Source: a virus
Lineage: Duplodnaviria > Heunggongvirae > Uroviricota > Caudoviricetes
IMG/VR virus record: IMGVR_UViG_3300020498_000003
Reading direction: 5' to 3' (one strand)
Length of the DNA: 64,000 nt
Every line of letters starts with the position of its first letter. Positions within the stretch are counted from its first letter, which is position 1. Positions 1 through 12,000 of this stretch are shown here, one piece after another. The notes below the pieces were generated by a model that saw nothing but the letters and a program-made list of their open reading frames with translations, searched no databases and was not told the DNA's origin. The position numbers and the translations under genes are program-made.

Positions 1-3000
1 ATTGCCTTTTGGAATAGAACATCAATCGCTGATTTGATATCTGCACATCCACCACCATATGTTCCATCATCTAATATAATTGTTAGATCCTTATATTTTG
101 ATGTTGTTATTCCATATAGTGAAGCATATTCTGTAGTTCCAGTAACAATCCAATTGTTAACTGCATATTGGCAAAGTTCATTTGCCTTTTCCATTGCAAC
201 TACAGTAGGTAGAAGTTCATTCTTGATATACTCGATGTTATCATCGGATCCAACATAGAACTTCATTGCATTGATAGTATTAACATCTCCTCCAGATACT
301 AGATCTGAAATAATAGATGGTAAAATATACTGTACCAGATCTCTCTTACATGTTGCAGAAGAACCACCAGGATAGTTAAATGCCTTATACTGAACTCCAT
401 TTAGGGTATAAGTAAATTGACTATCAATATGAGCGATAGTCTCATCAGCAATGAAGTTTCTATTGAACCAGATTAGATCACCAGCATCTCTATAAACATT
501 TCCTGTAGGTGCAATCGTGTCATTAATGGAATTCCATAATGTGTCAATCTGAGCACGAACATCAGCACAGTCTCCAAGATCAATTGTGATATCAACTGGA
601 GGAATTGGGAATCTTTCAGTGTATTCTGGAGTTTCACTCAATTGACCAATTACTGCTTGCTGACAAAGTTCATTCATTTGAGTGTGGGTATAAACACTCT
701 GGAGGACTTGTCTCTCAATAAATCTTAGACCACCATTACTATCAAGATAGAATCTTGCAGCAGTGATTGACTCATAGTTTCCACCATTTTCAATATCAGA
801 AATTACAGCTTGTAGTAGTAGTGATAAATCTAATTTACATCTATTTGTTCCTTCGGTAGATGATGCGCTATCTCCAGGTATAACTAGATCTGGATAACGA
901 TTTTTTAGTCTACCTGCTGCCTCATCGATAATATAAGCAGAATTTAGTCTTAGTAGATTTGCAGCATCTCTAAATCTGTGTTGAGCATCAGAGTAGATTT
1001 GATCAGTAGTAATAATTTTATCAGAAGTATCAATTTGCTTGACAACAAATGGAATAGCGAAATATGTCGATACTTTTGCTGTTATTGAGTTATAAGAAAT
1101 ATTCTCTCCGACTATAAAGTTTCCAGTCTTATCTCCAACATAAATTGTTTTTAATGCATAATTGACACCAATAATGTCTGCTGACACTCCACTAATTGAT
1201 CCAAGTATAGTATTTCCTATTTGGAAATTACCTCCACTCAAATCATAATATGTTAGTTTTCTAACCTCAATAGACTCATCTTCACTAAAATCGTCAGTTT
1301 CATTTCTATATTCTACTTTAATATTTTGTACAAATTCTCCTTGTAGTAACTCTGCAGTTGGATTTGTGTAATTTAACAGTGTATTCTGAATTTCCTCAAA
1401 GTCCACAAATGTACTTTCTACCTTGATATCAGAATCATCAATATCAACTACTTCAGCAACACTTCTACTAATATCATCAACAATAGTATTTGGATTTGAT
1501 GGATTTACGATTCTGTTGAATAGTAAACCATAGAATCTACTTGGGTCACTGATGGATACTGAAGATACTGGATCAATCTTAATACTGGTTAAGATCTTAT
1601 GGTTCGCTGTTGAAGTTTGACCAATAATGATCTCATTTGCTACAAAAGTTCCAGAAATTGAACTTAGAATGAGTCTCTTGATTTGTGGATTCCAAAATAC
1701 AACTTCTCCAACTGCAGATGATGTTGATCCAACAACTTCTTCTCCGATTTGGAAATCACCAACGAATGAGTAATCTGAATTGATTACGATGTATACATTA
1801 GGATCTGTGTATGGAGCTAGTGATATAACTTTGGCAACAATTCCAGTTTGTGCTGAAATTATAAAGTCATCAATATCAATGTTTAGTAGTCCAGAAGGAG
1901 AATCATAAGTACCAGAAGTTTTGCTAATGACAATTTTATTTGTTATTACATTTGACTGTGGTTCTAAATTAATTTCTTCTACTACTGCAGTTTGCTTACT
2001 TAAGTTAGTAAGTTTTTCTTGGAATCTGTATATATTGCTGTTAATAATAGATTCAACAGAGACTATGTTTGCATTTAATCCAGTTGCAGGTGATATTACA
2101 GTTTCTGTATTTAAGAAGGTTCCCTGAATATTGAATACTGTTAGTGTGGTTGATGTTGAAGAAACAACCGTCGCTGTTGCATTAGATACAAGACCTCTAA
2201 TAGTATTTCCAAGTTCTGGGATAATGCCACTAATATTATTAATTGTTATTAATTTTGTTTCCTCAAACTGAAGTTCAACCTCTGCATAACTAATTTTGGT
2301 TGGTGCAGGAGGTGGCTCACTGAAGATGATATTTCCTTGCTGAACATTAAATGAACTTCCAGGTGCCTGAACAACTCCATTTATGGTAATCATAAATTGA
2401 CTTGTCTGTGCAACAACAATATTTCCATCAATTGTTAGTGGGAAAATTCTTCTTTCTCCATCAAACAGAGTGGAAATATCATCCAATTTCTGAACAACAG
2501 ATGTTAGAATTTCCTCAGAAGATGTTAGTCTCTTATTTCTGAACAGAACTTGAGTATTATCAAATTCACTGTAGATTGGTTCTGCTAGAGCAAAGTTATC
2601 TATGTGAGAAACTACAGAACTCTCAATTAGATTTACACTCTTGACTAACTCAAAGTCTGTTTTATTAGTTAATCCCTTGTTCTCTCCAGTAACTCCAATT
2701 TCACCAAAAATCTTAAATCCAGCTGGGTGTACATTATCAATTACGATATTTTTCCATTCTTCAATAGAGATAGGACTCTTAATATTATATGAGAACGCTT
2801 GGTATAGGTAAGAGTCTTGAACTCTTTGTACAATTTCACTTGGTTTGCCAACATCATCTAGGAATTTGCCAGTTGTTTTTGTAATAGAATCAACTTCTAG
2901 AATACCTCTAGCAATACTAATATCACCAATAGTACCACTTGCCTTAGAAATTGATCCAGTTACATTTTGACCAATCTCAAAATCACCACTATAGTCAACT

Positions 3001-6000
3001 AATTTGAGTAGTCTTGGACCAATTTGCCATCCATCATTATTTGATACTATTCCAATTGCAGTTGCATTATCGATGTTTAGACCCTGGAATACTGTTTCTC
3101 CAGATAGGAATCTTGCAGTTTCTAGTACAGATTCTGCCTTACCACCGAAGGAATCTGTTAGAATGATCTGTCTTCCAGTACCATTATTAACAAATGAGAT
3201 AAAGTTTCCAGTTTCTGCATCAACTGGTGTTAGTGCAATACGAAGCTGGTCATCTTCTAAACCAGATGTTGTACCAGAAATTGCATAGTAAGTCTGATTT
3301 GGATTGATGAAACCGAATGATGTTAGTGGGAAGTCAGCACCTTCTCCAAGGTCTCTGATATCAAACTTAACCTCAGCACCATTTGGAATTCCATGTGGGA
3401 ATGCAAACTGGAATAACTGTAGGTCAATGTTTACAACATATGTGAAACTAGACTTTAATTCGACAGTTGGTTCTGTTGTATATCCAGATCCAGGATTCTT
3501 AATTACAATAGCATTAATTCTACCATTTCTTAGGATTGCTTCTGCAATTGCACCAGTTCCTCCACCACCAGTAATTACAACTTCTGGAGGTGAAGTATAT
3601 CCAGTACCAGGATCAATCACCTTGATGCTGCTTAATACGCTAGTACTTGTTAACTGTAGATTAACTGGGAATGTGATTTCTGGTCTTAATGTATAGTCAT
3701 GAGTATAATCAAAACCAAAGTTGTTGTTCTTTAGTCTCTTAATTTTACCAACACTACTTCCCTTAACAAAAATAGAAGCACCAGTTCCTCTTGGTGGAAT
3801 TACTACTCGTAACTCAGCACCAGATCCAGTTAGTTGTGGACCAAGAATACCAGGAATTGCATCAATATCAATAAATGCTGTAGTATATCCTTTTCCTGGA
3901 TCAGTTACAATAACTTCAACAATTTGACCTGCAGGATCTGTACTTCCATCTACTGTAATTCTTACTTTTCCTCCAGCTCCATCTCCAGAAATTGGAACTC
4001 CAAAGTATTCCCCTGCTTCATATTCTGTTCCAGGATCTATAATTTCTACTCTTTCAATCTTTCTGGAAGATTCAATATCGGTAATGATAGGTAGTTTTTT
4101 ATAGAAACCACCACCATTAATGAGTCTAATAGAACCGATAGAACCTACTGCCTTTTTAGATGTGGTGGTATATGAAGATAATGCTGCAACTGCTGCCTTC
4201 TCTGGCTCAAATTTGATTGGGAAAATCAATTGATTTGCACCAGTTGTAATAGTTGCACCTCCAAGTTCCTTAACCTCAAATGTACCAATATAAGGACTTG
4301 GTAGAACATCAATGTAAGAATTATCTCCAACAGGACTTTCAGATCCAATTCTTGCTGGGTCTGCATAGTAACTGATATTTGATACATCGTCAGTTACCTT
4401 AAATGAAATGAATGGAGAGTTTCCTGGCTCATCTATACCTGGAGTTCCTTTTCTAACAATATTCTTGAAAGTATATTCAATTTTGTTTAGATTATCTCTG
4501 TAGAAAGATAAGAAGTGTCCTAGGTTTGATGGATCAGATGTATCAAAGGTATACTGCTGTCCATAAATTAATCTAATGATAGGATGCTTGACATAAACAC
4601 TAAACGATGTTCCAGATCCAATAACTGAAGATGGTGATGTCTTAATGCTGAAAATAAATTCTTTCTTATTAAGAACACTACTTACATAGTAAGTACCATC
4701 AGTATTGGAATATTCAGGTGATGATTGTAGAGAAATAATATCTCCAATATTCAAGTAATGTGATGTAGCAGATCTTACAAATAATTGATCAGTATTTGCT
4801 GATGTGTTAATTTGCAATACTTTCTTCAGATTTGTAGTTAATGTAATTTGAGTTACTGCGGTTAGTCCTGAAATAGTTAATTGCTTCTTATCAGAACTAA
4901 ATGAGAAGAATGAACTTCCAAGGATATATACAGATCCTCTAGAGTATGAAGATCCAGAAATAACTTCATCAACTCTTACTTGATAATCATCATCCGAATA
5001 ATCCTTAAAGATTGCAGATAATCCTACAGGAATATCAAAGACAAATGTTCCTGGAGTAGTAGCATCTTCATTAGCAAAGATGTATTTTGGTATCTCATTT
5101 ACAGCATTATCGGATGTCTCTAATGATCCGCTGCTATTGACAAAAGTACCATTAACAGAAGAAATTAGTATCTGATTATCTTGTGGAATTACATCAATAA
5201 TTTTTGCTGTTGCAATAGAGACATTAGATGAATTCTTTTGAGTAAGAGTCGTTCCTTTTGTAAAATTAAATTCCTGATTCAATGTTAGTCTTCTTACATT
5301 ATCAACTTTAGATGTTGCGAATGTTCTAAAGAAGAATTTATCATACGACTTAGCAGATAGAATTGGTTTTCTTCCTCCAGGGGAAGGAATAGTTGCAGTT
5401 CTAGTTGACCAAGTATCAAGAGTGGATACTATAGTTTGTGTATTTTGATCTAAGAACGATAATACATCAGTAAAGTCTAATACTTGGAATCCTTCATTAG
5501 CTAAGATATAATTAGAAATATTTGTTTCTAATGCAATATTATTAAGTGTATATAATGTTCTGGAAATTTCTAGATTTGCATTTGTGAATTGAATATCACC
5601 AAGTCTGACTGAATCTGAGTTTTTGTCTAGTTTAATAGAGTATGATTTTGCAGTTCCATGGTCATATGGAGTTAATGCTGCTGATGGAACAGATGATGGT
5701 CCAGAATATGTAATAGAGTAATTACTATATCTAATTTCATCAACTCTCATTGGCCAAGAAGAATATGATGTAGTAGATCCAAACTCAATTGTAGTTGGAT
5801 TCATATCTACACTTTCACTTATGGTTGCAATTTGCGTACCATTCCAAATTAATTTATATGTTGTAATTCCACTAGAGAACTCTTTCTTTAACGCAACATG
5901 GACCCATCCAGATGTTAAATCTGTAATATAAGTAGATGCAGCAGTAAGTTGTGAAATTGATGCTGCATCATTACTTAATCTAACTTTTCCGTATGTGGAT

Positions 6001-9000
6001 GGAGAACTAGTATCTGCAAATATAACAACTCTTACCCCATTAGTTCCATTGGTGCATCTAATTAATAGTGGAACTTTTGCAGTAGCTGCAGTATCCCACT
6101 TAATCCATTTTTCTAGAGTCCAGGATGAAGATGCAATACTTGTGGTTATTGACATCTTAGCACTTTGACTCATATTATAAGCATATGTTCCATACTTAGA
6201 GGTTGTTCCAATAGAAACAGTTCCTGAAGTTACAATATTAGAAACTCTACCCAATCTATCTACATAATCAGATCCATCGAATAAGAATTGAGTTCTATTT
6301 GGATAGTATCTTCCAGTTATAGTTGGATCTCCAGATACATCAGATACACATGACACTACATCGTATCCATATGAATAATCTGTTGTTTCAATCTTATTTG
6401 ATTTAATTACATTACCAAGATAGTTGATCTTTGAGATAATTACATATTTCGCATTATTTGCATCTGTTATAGAACATGCAATATTGATCTCTCCAAATAC
6501 ATCAATAGATGTTTTTGCTGTCTGTAATGTTTGTGCTTGAGATATAGTATATGAATTTGCCCACTTGATTTCACCATCAGATAGGAGTCTTAGAACAGAA
6601 ACTTTATTTTTGGTATTTGATGAGATTGTTCTTTGAGTTGCAGTAATATACAACTCATCATATTCATCAACAATAAGAGTTAGATCCTCGAAGTCACTAT
6701 CAAGTGCTCCATAGGTCTTTGCCCAATCTACGACAATTTTATTAGCAATAATATTTGCTTTTGATATGTAAATGCTTGTAGATGACTTACCTAAGAGATA
6801 TATTTCATTCTTTGAGTTTACTTTAACCTGGAAGAACTTATCTTCTGTTGAGGGGGAAGTGATCTTTCTTCTAGTTAATGTATCTCCATTAGATGCAATG
6901 TACATAACTATTGCATCATTAGTGTGATTCGTGTTTGTTGATGTATAACCACAAATTAGAATATTTCCATTGTAGATTGTGATGTCTGTAGCATAATCTC
7001 CTCTACTTGCACCACTAATACCACCATATTGCCTTTGCCAATTAATAGTGGATGAAGTTCCAGAAGAATTTTCTGTTAATTTGACAACAATGATATCTGG
7101 GTTAAATGAATTTGATAGTATTGGATTTGGTCTAGTAGTACCAATTATGTAAATTGAGTTGCCATCCTTAGCAATACCATTAAATACGCAATTCTTAGTT
7201 TCTTGAGTTGGTTGTACTGATGATAAAGTTCTTTGCCAGATCAAGAATCCTTCAGAGTTGAATTTAGCAACAAATCCATGAGTGTCTCCATTTGTGGTCT
7301 TAATAGATCCAACAATATAAGATTCTTTGGTATCCAGTACACTAGAATTTAATACTGTAATTTCTTGACCAGAAGTTAATGTAATTGTGTAGTAATTTGA
7401 TCTGGTTTGGATTTGTGGATGACTTATCCTAATTCTAGGAGTATCATCGAATGAATTGCCAGAATTGATGATCTTAATATCATTCAGTACACCAGTTGAT
7501 GTAATTGATGGAATAATCTCAGCATCTTTTCCGTTATCCGATTCAATATCAATAGCAATGGGAATATCACTTGAATATCCAATACCAGTTCTTGCAACCT
7601 CGACTTTTTCTAGACCAGGAATAGTGACCATTTTGATGGTCTTACTAACTGGTTCCATTTGAGGTTGTGTGATAACTTCTATTTTATCTCCAACTTCTAA
7701 ATTATGTTGAACTTCTGTAGTAATGACACCCTCAAAACTATCAAGTTGTTCATTATAACGATAGTTATAATTTGTGATTTCTTCACCAAGAATCTTAGAA
7801 ATTGCAGCAGAAGCACCATATCCATCTGTTCCAGTATTATCGAATACTAGAGTATCTCCAACCTGGTAGTTAACACCAGAGTTTTCAATTAGAAACTCTG
7901 AAATCTTTGCATCCTCAAACTTAGTTGTAGTCTCAACCTCGATATCGACTTTAGATGCAATGTCGATTGTGGGAAAATAATCAAAGATTTCTAACTTACT
8001 TTCTTCTAATAGTAAACTGAATGTCTCTAATTCCTGTTCAGATAGAACACCATCTTTGTTTAAGTCTTCAATCTCAAAGGATAGGAAGTCTCCACTTTCG
8101 AGTGTGAGGATATTTGTGATTTCATTAGATTGTCTTTCTACATCAATATCAACATTCTCGAATGGATCCCTGTATCTAACAATTCCAGTGGGAATATTAG
8201 ACTGAATTGCAAACTGATTTAGGTTCCAATTATCTGGTTGAGAGTAGAAACTTGGACCAACAATATATGGGAATGCTGGAGTTCCATCAGAATTAATAGT
8301 TACAAAGTATGCATAAACACCATCTGGGAATTCTGGAGTTTTAGTGAATCTTCCATTGTATTGATCAAGGAAGATAGACTCACTTCTGAAGACATATTCA
8401 TAGTCATCGATGAAAGTTCCAGCTGAAAAATTCAGTAGAGACGGACCATCAATTCTAACTGGGTTAATATTAAGAATTTCATCATAAACTAAGTTAGTCT
8501 TTAATCTATAACCACTTCGTACTTGAGAAATACCACTATTGATATTTGTTGGGTCTGTTAGTCCATATGGACCGTAGATTGGATTTCCATCAAATGCCCA
8601 TCCAATGATTGGTGAGTGAACAAGACCAGAATCTTTCTCAGCAATTTGACCATTCACCACTCTTAGGTTGTCACCTAAAACAAATCTTAACTGAGTTGGA
8701 TTTGAGATGTGTCCATACTCTCCACCAAATTGTTTATTATAACCCTCAAAGATTGAACCATTCGCATAATCAAAATTAGTTGTTCTGTTTAGGTTAAATG
8801 TCCACTCAAAGATTTCTGCATTAAATTCTGCTCCTTCACCAATTGACTCTAATCTAATTTGAGTAGTTCCTTGTCTATAACCAACACCTCTGTTAACAAT
8901 AGTAATGCCAGTTACCTTTCCTGCATCTGCACCCTCTATTGAAATTGTTGCTTTAGCGACAGCACCAAATCCTTCTCCAGTAATAATAACTTTAGGTGCA

Positions 9001-12000
9001 GTGGTATAACCAGAACCAGATGCAATTACAGCAACAGATGCTAATCTACCATTATTGACATATGCCTCTGCAGCAGCACCAGAACCACTACTTAGTGTAA
9101 TTGTGGGAGGAATGCTAAAATTATTTCCTGGATCTTCAATAATTACTCTATTGATAGGACCTCTCACAATTGCATTTGCCGTAGCTCCAATGCCACCTCC
9201 ACCGACAATATTTACTGTTGGTCTAGATGTGAATCCATTGCCAGGAGTGTTGACTAGAATTCTAGATACGGTTCCATTTGTTATAATAGCAGTAGCAGTT
9301 GCACCATCTCCACCACCTCCAGAAATTGATACTAGTGGTGATGATACATATCCAGATCCTCCAGAAAGAACCTCAATTTCGACTACAGAACCATTTACAA
9401 TGACTCTAGCATATGCTGGATCACCATTGCCTCTGATGGTCATATTTGGAGGTACTACGGCATCATAGTCCTTTCCCCCATCGACGATGTTGATGCTTGT
9501 TATAGGACCATATGGGAACTTCTGAGTGGACTTATAGTTCCATACACTAACACCATTAACGAATGTTCCTACTGGACCTGGAGTAGATTCTTGCTTTAGT
9601 GAAATAGTGGTTGGTACTTTGGGGAATCTATTTAATTTTCTCTGATTTCCTGGTAATAGTGCAGTTCCTAAGAAAGGTCCAATCTTATAATTGGGAATTC
9701 CACTAGCAGCAACATAAACATAGTTTTCATTGAAGAAACTATTCTGAATATTAGTTGCAAATTTATTGATTGTGTTATTAATTGAAGTAGAATCACTCTT
9801 TCCTTTGTTTAAGTCAATGGAAACAAGTATATTACCCTGAGGATTTAAGTTAGCTGGTTGTGGTAACTGATATGTAAACGATGTTCTAGTTGGAATCGAT
9901 GTTACTAAGAATGAACCATTATACACAATTGGGTTAGCACCATATACAGTAACTTGATCTCCAATTAGAAGACCATGTTGGTTTTGGCATACCACTGTTG
10001 CAGTTTGATTATTTTGACCACCGAAACTAATTTGCTGAACTTGTAATAACTTTTTAACATTATATAACCAACTATCTAATAGTTTATTCTCTTCTGTAGA
10101 ACCTAACTTGGAGATGTTTAATTTATCACCTTCCAAATAATATTTACCATCGTCTAGTAGGATTGTTTTATTTGCTTCGACAATACCCAATACAGATAAC
10201 ACAACTTCTTGTGTAGTTCCTTTGTTTACATAAACATAGAAATTTGATGAACAAATTGTTCCAGAATCCCATTCCTGTCGAATTCCAGATAGTTGTCTAG
10301 TACATTCAATAAACTGTGTTAAAGATTTCTCCTTATACCTGATAATCTCAGACCCAACAATAACTTCACCATTTCTTTCTGGCCAACCAATGGTTGAGTC
10401 TACCGTAACGATAACATCATCTAATAATAATTTTTCAGATAATTTAGTCTTGTATGGAATAGTGAATGAACCAATGATGGTTTCTTCTGCAAGAACTAGT
10501 TCATATACATCATAATCTGGTGTCTGAATTGCAATATAATTTTCTATCAGTGCTTGTGCAAATTTAACACTTGGATCAATTTCGTCTTCAAGTTGCTCTA
10601 GTAGACCATTTGTTAGATTGCGAGGATCCCCACTAACTAACTTTGCTCTCATAATGGTGTCTACAGACCATACAGATGCCGATGGCTTAATGATTTGGTC
10701 CTTTGGATATGAGATATCAATAGATACTCCATATAGAACATTGAAGAGATATTTCAATGCAAACTGAGTACCCTTAGATGCATAGAAATCTTTTGCAGTT
10801 CTTAGTACATTAGAGATGTTGACTCCACTTAATGAAATTTTTGGGAATCCTGGTAAATATTGATCAACTAGTCTGTCAATGACTTTAGCAAAAAATACAG
10901 AATCTAAACTCTTAACTAAACTACCACTGATGTGGGTTGCTACTATAGAATTTTTTTCAGATGCAAAAATAGCCTGGTTATCTTCAGTATAACCAATAAT
11001 TCCGCTAACTCCTCTGCTACAACCTACAAATTCTGACTTATTGTAATTTCTTCCATTGTTAATTACTTCAACACCAGTAATTTCTCCTTTACCAATCGTA
11101 GCAGATGCTTTGGCAGAGTCTGGTTCTGAAATATAAACTTTTGGTGGTTGGGAAGAAGAATACCCAGTTCCAAATTCAACGATACTGATATCCGTAATTT
11201 GCCCATTAAAGATTGTAGCAACAGCTTTTGCTCCAGATCCACCAATTGGATTTCCTAAATTGTCTTTTCTATCATCTACGATATACACACTAGGAATATT
11301 GGAATATCCACTTCCACCAGATAGCAATTCGATAGAAATAACTCTACCAAAACTATCAACCTGAACATCAAGTACCTGAGCACCAGTAGGTTGTACAACT
11401 TTAACTCTTGGTAAATTTGTTGATGAATATCCTGTTCCTGGATTGAGGATAGATACGGAAACTAATTCTCCACTAGCGTTCAGTACACCTTGTAGAACTG
11501 CCTGAATAGAATTGGGTTCTGATGGTGAATCGATATAGATTTGTGGAGGAGTATTGTATCCAACTCCAGAAGAAATTACATCAACAAAAGTAATTTGACC
11601 ATTATTTGGATTTACAGTTACATCACCAACCTCTGCTCCATATGGATTGATAAACTGAATCCTAGGAACAAAGTCATAACCACTACCACTATTTGTGATA
11701 GTAATCGACTCTACAGATCCTTCTGCATTTACTGTAGCAAATCCCTTTGGTAGAGTGCCATCAGATCTTTGTGGTGCTTGGAATGACAATAATGGGGGAT
11801 TAGTTTGTGAATATCCAGAACCACCCTGCAATAGAGTCGCTACCTTTACGCCATTGACTAAAGCTTTGGCAGTAGCATTCTCACCATTTCCTTTGGTTAA
11901 TGTTATTTTTGGAGTATTTTCAATTGTGTAATTTTGACCACCATCTTTGATGATTACAGAATCTAATTCGCCATTATCGTCAATGACAGAGTATGCTACA

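Noticed and set aside
3304-9468. Several plus-strand ORFs containing PPPP runs (3304..3696, 9055..9468 and others)
   Set aside because: All lie antisense to GGGG-containing repeat modules of the giant minus-strand ORF. There are no RBSs and no stop/start tiling.
11063-11245. 60-aa minus-strand ORF (TTG start)
   Set aside because: It lies out of frame inside the giant ORF, which occupies the other minus frame continuously.
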